The notes: generated from the sequence alone by a model not told the origin. DNA of 32,000 nt from Candidatus Electrothrix sp. GW3-4 (GCF_037902255.1 NZ_CP147990.1:1200001-1232000), one strand, 5' to 3'. Shown: positions 18,157 to 25,189, counted from the stretch's first letter. Program-made: numbers and translations.

Positions 18157-18200
18157 CTCCCGGTTCCGGTGTTCATGCCGAGACCGGGAGAGTTTCTTTC
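18157..18200 (+). terminator. Terminator-like hairpin homologous to the one after aspS copy 2
   Basis: ctcccgg (18157-18163) pairs with ccgggag (18184-18190), then the T-rich stretch agtttctttcttt. The homologous hairpin at 17303-17336 uses ctcccga/tcgggag. Confidence 0.5.
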
Positions 18201-18345
18201 TTTGCCGCCGCTCTTGAACTCTTCCTTCCAGAAAGGAAAATATTAGATTTTACAGACGGAACAGGATAGACTGAATATATCGGTCAGATAGCATTTTTTT
18301 AGCGGAAGAATTTTTGTATTCCACACTGTAGTGAGGAGGAAAAGC

Positions 18346-18591
18346 ATGATTGCTGTTATGGAGAAACTCGTTGAAATGGCATCCAGATTCCCTGAAGAAG
18401 AGCAGGAAGTCATGGCACGGTACTGGCTGCAGGAGCTGACTACGCCGAACTTTATAGAAAAAATTAAGGATGAACTCAAGTGGGAGAAATCTTTTGCCGA
18501 ATCCCATGATCTTCTTGAGGCGATGGCGGACAAGGCTTTGCAAGAAGCCGGGCAAGGCCGGGCGGAAAAAATGGGTTGGGACGAATTGTGA
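18346..18591 (+). CDS. Antitoxin-like protein (partner of RelE/ParE-type toxin)
   Basis: ATG 18346 follows GAGGAGG (the track starts at 18331). Acidic 81-aa protein MIAVMEKLVEMASRFPEEEQ...WEKSFAESHDLLEAMADKALQEAGQGRAEKMGWDEL. Its stop overlaps the toxin GTG (GTGA). Confidence 0.55.
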   Translation: MIAVMEKLVEMASRFPEEEQEVMARYWLQELTTPNFIEKIKDELKWEKSFAESHDLLEAMADKALQEAGQGRAEKMGWDEL

Positions 18592-18866
18592 TTTCTCGTA
18601 TTCTGCCGAGTTTCAGGAAAGATTTTCGGCGGCTGCCCAAGGAAGTTCAGCGTCAGGCCAAAAAAGTCTATCGGATATGGAAACAGAATCCTTTTGACAG
18701 GCAGCTCCGCTTCAAACAGATTCATCCGACTAAACCGGTGTATTCCGTTCGGATCACACTGAATTGGCGTGCGCTCGGTATCCGGGAAAGCAAAGATACG
18801 ATTATTTGGTTCTGGATCGGCTCGCATGAAGAGTATAACAAGCTGATCGGGCAGATGAAAAAATAA
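18588..18866 (+). CDS. RelE/ParE-superfamily toxin
   Basis: GTG 18588 overlaps the antitoxin stop. FRKDFRRLPKEVQRQAKKVYRIWKQNPFD...YSVRITLNWRALGIRESKDTIIWFWIGSHEEYNKLI matches the RelE/ParE small-toxin pattern. Confidence 0.65.
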   Translation: MISRILPSFRKDFRRLPKEVQRQAKKVYRIWKQNPFDRQLRFKQIHPTKPVYSVRITLNWRALGIRESKDTIIWFWIGSHEEYNKLIGQMKK

Positions 18867-18877
18867 AGCGGAAGATC

Positions 18878-20407
18878 ATGCAAAAGCTACCCATAGGTAT
18901 TCAAACCTTCACCAAAATCCGTGAAGAAGAATACCACTACGTCGATAAAACAAAAATTGCCTTTGAGCTGATCAACAACGGTAACTACTATTTTCTCTCC
19001 AGACCACGCCGCTTCGGCAAGAGCCTTTTTCTCTCCACCTTACAGGCTGTGTTCGAGGGCCGGAAAGAGCTGTTTCACGGCCTGTATATCTCTGACATCT
19101 GGGATTGGCAGACAACCTATCCGGTCGTCAAAATCAGTTTTGCCGGAGTGGCCCGCAATGTTGCTGCCATGCAGCAGGATATCAGGAATATCCTCAAGGA
19201 TAACCAAGAGCGCCTGAACATTGACTGCCTGCACGAAGAAGATACAGGCGGGTGCTTGCGGGAGTTGATCAGGAAGTCATTTGAGAAATATCAGCAGAAA
19301 GTTGTTATCCTTGTGGATGAGTACGACAAGCTGATCCTTGATAATTTGGATCAGCTGGAGGTCGCGCAGGAGGCAAGGGAAATCCTCAAAGACCTGTACG
19401 CAACCATCAAGGACTGCGACGAGTATATCAAATTCGCCTTTTTTACCGGCGTCAGTAAATTTGCCAAGGTCTCTGTGTTCAGCGGCCTGAACAACCTTTC
19501 GGATATCTCCCTTGACAGCCGTTACGCCACGATCTGCGGCTATACCCAGGATGATCTGGTAACCGTTTTTGCCGACCTCCTGCGAGACGCTGATATGGAA
19601 CGGGTGCGGGACTGGTACAACGGCTATAATTTTCTCGGAGAAAAAGTTTATAATCCCTTTGATATCCTGCTCTTCATCGATAAGGGACTCATTTTTAATA
19701 ATTATTGGTTCGAGACCGGCACGCCGACCTTTTTACTGAAGCTTATCCGGCAGAACAATTATTTCCTCCCCCGTCTTTCCGACCTGCGGGTTGACAGCTC
19801 TCTGCTCGACGGTTTTGATATCGACCATATCAGGCTGGAACCTGTCCTGTTTCAGGCCGGTTATCTGACGATCAAAGAAGTTCATGAATTGGAGTTCGGA
19901 GGGTTTGAATATACCCTGCACTATCCGAACCGGGAGGTCGCTCTTTCTTTTAATGACGCGCTTATCCGCTTTCTGACGGACGCGACAACATACACGCCCA
20001 CCAAGACCGGCCTGTTTTCCGCTTTAAAATCCGGGGATGTCGAAGCATTGAAAGATGTGCTTGTTTCCCTGTTCGCCTCGATTCCCTATAATAATTATGT
20101 CAAAAACACCCTTGCCGAGTATGAGGGCTACTATGCCAGTGTGATTTATGCCTATCTCGCAAGCCTAGGTATCCGCATCATTGCAGAGGATGTGACCAAT
20201 ATCGGGCGTATTGACTTAACGCTTTTTCTGGGTGATAACATATATATTGTCGAATTTAAAGTTGATGGCAATGCTGATCCCCTTGAGCAGATTAAAGAAC
20301 GAAAGTATGCGCAGAAGTACGCAGGTCAGGGGACTGTGTATTTGGTTGGTATTCTCTTCAGTAGTACAAAGAAGAATATTGAGACGTTTTCTTGGGAAAG
20401 GGTATGA
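18878..20407 (+). CDS. AAA-ATPase_like N-terminal domain / PD-(D/E)XK (PDDEXK_9-type) C-terminal domain protein
   Basis: 509-aa ORF. Characteristic N-terminus MQKLPIGIQTFTKIREEEYHYVDKTKIAFELINNGNYYFLSRPRRFGKSLFLSTL. Walker B-like VILVDEYDK. C-terminal nuclease-like GRIDLTLFLGDNIYIVEFK. Confidence 0.8.
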   Translation: MQKLPIGIQTFTKIREEEYHYVDKTKIAFELINNGNYYFLSRPRRFGKSLFLSTLQAVFEGRKELFHGLYISDIWDWQTTYPVVKISFAGVARNVAAMQQDIRNILKDNQERLNIDCLHEEDTGGCLRELIRKSFEKYQQKVVILVDEYDKLILDNLDQLEVAQEAREILKDLYATIKDCDEYIKFAFFTGVSKFAKVSVFSGLNNLSDISLDSRYATICGYTQDDLVTVFADLLRDADMERVRDWYNGYNFLGEKVYNPFDILLFIDKGLIFNNYWFETGTPTFLLKLIRQNNYFLPRLSDLRVDSSLLDGFDIDHIRLEPVLFQAGYLTIKEVHELEFGGFEYTLHYPNREVALSFNDALIRFLTDATTYTPTKTGLFSALKSGDVEALKDVLVSLFASIPYNNYVKNTLAEYEGYYASVIYAYLASLGIRIIAEDVTNIGRIDLTLFLGDNIYIVEFKVDGNADPLEQIKERKYAQKYAGQGTVYLVGILFSSTKKNIETFSWERV

Positions 20408-20458
20408 TGGGCAGTGTTTCTTCGCCGTTGGGATGTGATTGTCTTCTTTCTGGTTTTC

Positions 20459-20590
20459 GATAACAAATGATTTGATTTTGTTATCAAACAGTTCTATTTG
20501 CTTATCTAAATATTTGATGAGCAGATCAAATTGCTGGATGAGCAGATCAAATTTTTTGATCTTTTTATCTAAATTTTAGATAAGCTCATC
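20459..20590. repeat. Nested palindromes plus 17-bp direct repeats (iteron/operator-like block)
   Basis: Hairpin gataacaaa/tttgttatc (20459-20485). Perfect direct repeat gatgagcagatcaaatt at 20516-20532 and 20537-20553 (21-bp period). Composite palindrome 20537-20590: gatgagc [agatcaaa..tttgatct] [ttatctaaa..tttagataa] gctcatc. A third ttatctaaa lies at 20502-20510. Confidence 0.8.
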
Positions 20591-20794
20591 TAATTTTTGG
20601 ATGGGGTTGTTGAGGCTGACCGTCTGAATTCTATTGACACTCCTTCCTTCTGAGGTTTAATTTAAAGGTTGTTATTCTGACATATCATATGTTGCCTTTT
20701 CTGAAGAGAAAAGCAGCTACCTTGCATATGCTGTATCAAACAATATAAAGGAAAGTTTCCAAAAAAAATAATCTGCTCTTACAGAGAAAAAAAT

Positions 20795-21178
20795 ATGAAC
20801 AATGAACTAATAGAGATTTTTATTGATTTAGCAACAAGTACACCAGAAGATGCGATAAATCAAAACGAGCTTTTTTATATATATGAAGAATTAGAATCAA
20901 AAGGGGCATGTTTGATACCTCTTGAGTCAGCTATTTTGCCAAATTATAATCAAAAATCTGGTTCAGGGGATATAGATATATTAATAGGTGCAATACATAT
21001 TGCTCTACCTGCAAGTGCTGTTGTTGCAGTATTAGTTTCTTTTGTGAAAAAATATTTTGATACATGCAAATCAAAACGGTTAAGGATAAAACGAAAAGAT
21101 GGAAGCATAGTCGAGATTTCAGGTTATAATGGAAAGGAAACAGAGAAAATATTGCATAAACTAATAAACTATAAATAG
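20795..21178 (+). CDS. Small single-pass membrane protein, possible effector-associated constant component (EACC1-like)
   Basis: 127-aa ORF. Acidic N-terminal region, hydrophobic helix ILIGAIHIALPASAVVAVLVSFV, basic juxtamembrane KSKRLRIKRK, short C-terminal DGSIVEISGYNGKETEKILHKL. Ends 14 nt before the caspase-like gene. Very AT-rich. The family assignment is recollection only. Confidence 0.5.
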   Translation: MNNELIEIFIDLATSTPEDAINQNELFYIYEELESKGACLIPLESAILPNYNQKSGSGDIDILIGAIHIALPASAVVAVLVSFVKKYFDTCKSKRLRIKRKDGSIVEISGYNGKETEKILHKLINYK

Positions 21179-21194
21179 TTCTTTTGTAAACAAA

Positions 21195-22460
21195 ATGGCA
21201 CTCAATAGTAAAAACTGGGTAATTTCTATAGGAGTTAATGATTCAAGAGATCATGAAAGCCTAAAGTGTCCGCATTTTGATGCTGGAGATGTGTTTAGTA
21301 TCATATCTAAAAATTGGAAATGTGATTCACAAAATAAAATATTATTAACAGGGAATCAAGCTACAACAAAAAATATTAATATCATTCTTAATGAGGTATT
21401 AATGAGAATGGCAGATGAAAATGATCGTATATTTATTTATCTGTCTGGACATGTTAATACGAATGTACGCTCAGTTACCGGTTCTTTTGTGAGCTATGAT
21501 TATTGTAAAGAAAAACGGAATTTTGGGCTGAATTTACGGTCATTAAGGTACATTGTCGAAGACTCAAGAGCCAAATATATTATAGTAGTAATAGACGGAT
21601 GTTCTTCAGGTGTAATCGCACAAGGAAATAAAAATAATACACCGCATTGGTTTTATTTCACTACAGGTGAAATGGATTCAGAGGCAAGTACAAAGCTTTT
21701 TATTACAGCAGTTTCCTCTGGAAAACATGCTTATGAACACGAAGATAAAAGAAACTCTGAGTTCACAAGAATACTGGTAGATACGATATCTCCTTTTATA
21801 AAAAGAAAAGAGAGTCTCAGTACGACCCTATTTTATGAATTTTTAGTTAAAAAATCGAAGAAATATAATATGTATCCTGTAAAATCTGGAGTGGAAATTG
21901 GATACACTAATTTTATTGAAAGCAATCATCAGGATAATGTTATATTGTCAGATGATAATAAACCTTATATCCCGAAATGGATAGAAGGTCTTTTTGATAA
22001 TTGTAAAAACAATAGTACTGTTAATAACAAAGATAAGTCTGTTTTCGTAAGAGATAATAACTTTGCAGATGGTTCAAGGTTAACAATCGGACAGATAATA
22101 AAAAAATCTTGGCGCATTCGTAATGCAGGTAATGTTAGTTGGAAAAGTCGTTTTTTGAAAATGATTGGGCAATCCAGAGGAACTGGACGTATTCATTGCA
22201 ATAATATAATTCCAATACCTGATGCTGAACCGAACCAAGAGATTGATATTGAGATTGAATTAAGAATGCCACCTTATCCATGTTCAGTATATGCAGAATT
22301 CAAAATGACAGATTCATCTGGAAATATTTTATTTCCAAACCAAAGAGGACTTTATGTAACTTTTGACGTTATTGATCCAGCTAGCCAGAATGAGTACGTT
22401 TTATCTTCTTCAGATAGAGAACTCGTGAGTCGCGAGTTTTCACTTCGCTTTAAAATATAA
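21195..22460 (+). CDS. Caspase-like (peptidase C14 fold) protease with C-terminal NBR1-type Ig (FW) domain
   Basis: 421-aa ORF. WVISIGVNDS, catalytic-His context FIYLSGHV (His86, nt 21450-21452), catalytic-Cys context IIVVIDGCSSG (Cys136). The C-terminal ~120 aa match the N_BRCA1_IG/NBR1 FW pattern: FVRDNNFADGSRLTIGQIIKKSWRIRNAGNVSW...PNQEIDIEIELRMPPYPCSVYAEFKMTDSSGNILFPNQRGLYVTFDVI. Confidence 0.75.
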   Translation: MALNSKNWVISIGVNDSRDHESLKCPHFDAGDVFSIISKNWKCDSQNKILLTGNQATTKNINIILNEVLMRMADENDRIFIYLSGHVNTNVRSVTGSFVSYDYCKEKRNFGLNLRSLRYIVEDSRAKYIIVVIDGCSSGVIAQGNKNNTPHWFYFTTGEMDSEASTKLFITAVSSGKHAYEHEDKRNSEFTRILVDTISPFIKRKESLSTTLFYEFLVKKSKKYNMYPVKSGVEIGYTNFIESNHQDNVILSDDNKPYIPKWIEGLFDNCKNNSTVNNKDKSVFVRDNNFADGSRLTIGQIIKKSWRIRNAGNVSWKSRFLKMIGQSRGTGRIHCNNIIPIPDAEPNQEIDIEIELRMPPYPCSVYAEFKMTDSSGNILFPNQRGLYVTFDVIDPASQNEYVLSSSDRELVSREFSLRFKI

Positions 22461-22554
22461 AAAGTACAAAAATAGGAAGACTTCTCTAAAGAGAAAATAT
22501 AAAAGAGCATACAAACTGTAAATGTCTACCAAACATTTAATCTTCACGATGAAG

Positions 22555-23980
22555 GAGTTTGTATGCTCACATATCTATATGACTCACTATACGGTTTTCG
22601 TAAAGTATTTTCCCGTCACCGCACCTGGTTAATCTTTGTGATGATAGTTTTGGGGTTCATCGGTAGCAGCGAAATGACAGGAGTTTCTTCCTTCTGCCGT
22701 TTTTGGCTGATAGACAATCAAGGGTACTCTAAGTTACTGGGACTTTTTCGTTCTTCAGCCTGGGAATTAAGTGGCTTGCTGGAATACTGGTCTGTTTTTG
22801 CTGTCTACCAACAACAGTCTGTTTTTTCGCAAGGTCGACTGGTTACACTGGGAGACCATACATATGTCCCCAAGGAAGGTCGCCGAATGCCCGGTGTTGT
22901 AACTTTACGCCAAGACTCTGAAACACAAAGCAAACCCTCGTATTTCAGAGGTCAGTGCTGGGGAGGCCTGGCTTTGGCCGTTGGCAGTTTGACAAATCCT
23001 TTGGCCATTGATTTTGCTCTTCAAACGAACCAGGGTGTTCTCTTGGTTCTGGATGCTTTTTTTTCTGTAGGTCCGGTGTTTCTGCTGGCCCAGGCAACCT
23101 GGCTGACGTCAATTGAAGCTCCTGCTGTTCATATTATTACAAAGGCAAAGAAGAATTATGTCGCATACTTACAGGCAGATCCATCTCGTTACATTGGGAT
23201 CGGTCGTCCCTGTAAGTATGGAGAGCATATTCATCTGATGGAAGTTTTTGACCATCTCCACCTGTTTCAAAAAGTATCGGTCCGTATCTACGGACATATG
23301 GAGAAAATTTATATTTTCCACCTGGATTTATTATGGAAATCTACTCAAGGGCCGCTTCGTTTTGTTTTTGCCAAAACGTCACGTGGCCCCATTGTTCTTA
23401 TGTGCAGTAACCTCGACCAGGACCCGATTGCTGCAATCGAACTCTATTGTCTCAGAACCCGCATAGAAACCATGTTCGATATGCTGAAAAATGTTCTCCA
23501 TATCTTCCAATGTCACTTCTGGTCGAAAAAAATGCCGAAACATTCGAGGAAACCCAAAAGCAATAAAAATCAAAAGGCTCCACAGGCAGAAAACCAAAAA
23601 ACGGTTCAAGCTTGCTGGGATGCTACTGAACGTTTTGTTAACCTTGGAGCAATTTCCCTTGGTTTGCTTCAGTTAATCGCCCTCAAATTTCCAGAAGAAA
23701 TATGGAGCAGATTTGAAGGATTCTTGCGGACCCGTTCTCGGGATATTCCTTCTGAAAGAACTGTTAAAATGGTGATTGCAAATTTGTTGGTACAGAATTT
23801 TCTCAAAGTCGAGCCAACAGCGACAATGCGAGAAATTCGTGCCAAAATTCTCAAGGGCGAATTCAAGAAAAAATTTCCTCAAACTGAACACCCCGTTAAT
23901 CAACGGGCAGCTTGAAAATTCATAGTCTTAAGCAAAATTGATTGATACGGCTGTTTCATCATGTGGAGCAGTACAAACTC
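22555..23980 (+). mobile_element. IS4-superfamily insertion sequence (about 1.43 kb)
   Basis: Imperfect terminal inverted repeats: gagtttgtatgctcacat (22555-22572) versus the reverse complement of 23961-23980, gagtttgtactgctccacat (18 matches, two 1-nt indels). Single transposase ORF inside. Composition differs from the AT-rich DNA on both sides. No target-site duplication identified. Confidence 0.6.
22563..23915 (+). CDS. DDE transposase, IS4-like (YREK signature)
   Basis: 450-aa ORF. LGDHTYVPKEG (D1), LVLDAFF (D2), YCLRTRIETMFDMLK, which fits Y-x2-R-x3-E-x6-K exactly. Confidence 0.85.
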   Translation: MLTYLYDSLYGFRKVFSRHRTWLIFVMIVLGFIGSSEMTGVSSFCRFWLIDNQGYSKLLGLFRSSAWELSGLLEYWSVFAVYQQQSVFSQGRLVTLGDHTYVPKEGRRMPGVVTLRQDSETQSKPSYFRGQCWGGLALAVGSLTNPLAIDFALQTNQGVLLVLDAFFSVGPVFLLAQATWLTSIEAPAVHIITKAKKNYVAYLQADPSRYIGIGRPCKYGEHIHLMEVFDHLHLFQKVSVRIYGHMEKIYIFHLDLLWKSTQGPLRFVFAKTSRGPIVLMCSNLDQDPIAAIELYCLRTRIETMFDMLKNVLHIFQCHFWSKKMPKHSRKPKSNKNQKAPQAENQKTVQACWDATERFVNLGAISLGLLQLIALKFPEEIWSRFEGFLRTRSRDIPSERTVKMVIANLLVQNFLKVEPTATMREIRAKILKGEFKKKFPQTEHPVNQRAA

Positions 23981-24279
23981 ACGACTGTCGAGATAGAGAA
24001 GAAAGATGCTTTATAACTAAAGATATATATGGCGATATGTATTCTTCAGAAGTTAAAATTCTGAGTAGCTTTAAAGATAATGTCTTGATAAAAAATAGAA
24101 TATGTAAAGAAGTAGTATCTATTTATTATTCAGATTTTGGCAAGAAAGTAGCAGCTTACATAAAAATATATTTTCCATTCATGATTCCTCTTGTAAGAAA
24201 GTTTTTAAATGGAGTAATTTATTTGATACTTGTTTTTTGGACAAGCAAATCAGGAAGAACAAAATGTATAGATAAATAA
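23938..24279 (+). CDS. Orphan small protein with CFI..YG..V..L..F.D..L......YY motif and hydrophobic C-terminus; possibly truncated
   Basis: 113-aa ORF with a TTG start lying inside or adjacent to the right IS end. CFITKDIYGDMYSSEVKILSSFKDNVLIKNRICKEVVSIYYSDFGKKVAAYI resembles the CFIATAAYGS...LR.FRD..L...YY..SP tail I recall from other bacterial proteins. Followed by the hydrophobic FPFMIPLVRKFLNGVIYLILVFW. Same extreme AT-richness as the caspase module. Confidence 0.4.
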   Translation: MIDTAVSSCGAVQTHDCRDREERCFITKDIYGDMYSSEVKILSSFKDNVLIKNRICKEVVSIYYSDFGKKVAAYIKIYFPFMIPLVRKFLNGVIYLILVFWTSKSGRTKCIDK

Positions 24280-24340
24280 TTATTTGTAAACTTTTTTACA
24301 AATGATTACTGCCCTGAAAATTTCAGCAGGGAGAACCGTC

Positions 24341-24784
24341 ATGCCACAAAACAACCTCACCGAACAAATCGCCCAGCTGCTGGGTGTGGAATTCCCGCCG
24401 TCCCTTGATCCCTCTGCAATAAAATCCCTGCAAAAGGCCCTGCCCGGCTATAAGGCCGTTGCCGACGATGCGGCCCGCTTCTGCCAAAACCACACCGATG
24501 CCCCTAGACTGGATGAAGTCCGCACCTCACTTGAACAGGGTCTTGCCGATGTCGCCCGCCTTGAGCCGGTGGAACACCTGCTGCAACAACTCTACCTTTC
24601 CATCTATCATCAACACCTTCGGGCCACTGCCAAATGTATGGAAGGCCTCTACGACACCACCCGCCGCATCCGTGACTTTGCCGAAGCCTTCCCGGAAATC
24701 AAAGAAGAAGGCCAGCCCCTCCTTGATTTCATGAAGGCCTTCCGCCCTGGTCGGAAAAAGGGAGAATATGATGGCGTCGAATAA
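24341..24784 (+). CDS. Hypothetical protein
   Basis: The track ORF starts at 24302, but ATG 24341 has GGGAGA 6 nt upstream (MPQNNLTEQIAQLLG...). Backbone-like GC content. No motif recognised. Confidence 0.6.
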   Translation: MPQNNLTEQIAQLLGVEFPPSLDPSAIKSLQKALPGYKAVADDAARFCQNHTDAPRLDEVRTSLEQGLADVARLEPVEHLLQQLYLSIYHQHLRATAKCMEGLYDTTRRIRDFAEAFPEIKEEGQPLLDFMKAFRPGRKKGEYDGVE

Positions 24785-24871
24785 AAATTACAGAAAATAA
24801 CTTATTATGGTATCTTTTAGATTGTCAGGTAATCTTGTCTGATAAAAATTGTCACTACAAAGGAGTTGACA

Positions 24872-24988
24872 ATGGGCGATAAGGGCAGCAGAAAAGATAA
24901 GGAAAAAAATAAAAAGCAAGCGACTGATAAGCATAATCAGAAAATCAAAAAAACGAAGGATAATGCACCGCAAAAAGTAGAAAAGTAA
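24872..24988 (+). CDS. Candidate lysine-rich microprotein (38 aa)
   Basis: Below the track threshold. AAGGAG 8 nt upstream of the ATG: MGDKGSRKDKEKNKKQATDKHNQKIKKTKDNAPQKVEK*. Confidence 0.45.
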   Translation: MGDKGSRKDKEKNKKQATDKHNQKIKKTKDNAPQKVEK

Positions 24989-25157
24989 AAAAGAGATTGG
25001 AGCCGGATTTCTGGTTGAAAACCCGGTTGCTGGACACTGGAACTGATTGTTTCAAAATGCATAAAAAACACTCGCAGTCCTGTTGCTTTGATACTGACAG
25101 AGTGATGTATGCCGGAAAAGTGCAAGCCAGAACCATCCTGTAACAATGAAAAAAAGT

Positions 25158-25189
25158 CGCTTTCATTATCCGTGAAAGCGGCTTTTTTT
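25158..25189 (+). terminator. Rho-independent terminator (A-run upstream suggests bidirectional)
   Basis: cgctttca (25158-25165) pairs with tgaaagcg (25173-25180), then gc + T7. Preceded by gaaaaaaa. Confidence 0.7.

Noticed and set aside
18243-18827. 194-aa minus-strand ORF
   Set aside because: It is antisense to the compact, overlapping toxin-antitoxin pair, which has proper SD sequences and family motifs.
20459-20485. Integron attC site
   Set aside because: The arms (gataacaaa/tttgttatc) do not fit the RYYYAAC/GTTRRRY core consensus, and no integron integrase is nearby.
20440-20600. Minus-strand heptad-like peptide (..LDKKIKKFDLLIQQFDLLIKYLDKQIELFDNKIKSF..) as a coiled-coil gene or pseudogene
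   Set aside because: It is interrupted by an in-frame TAA and has no start or SD. The periodicity is a by-product of the DNA-level direct and inverted repeats.
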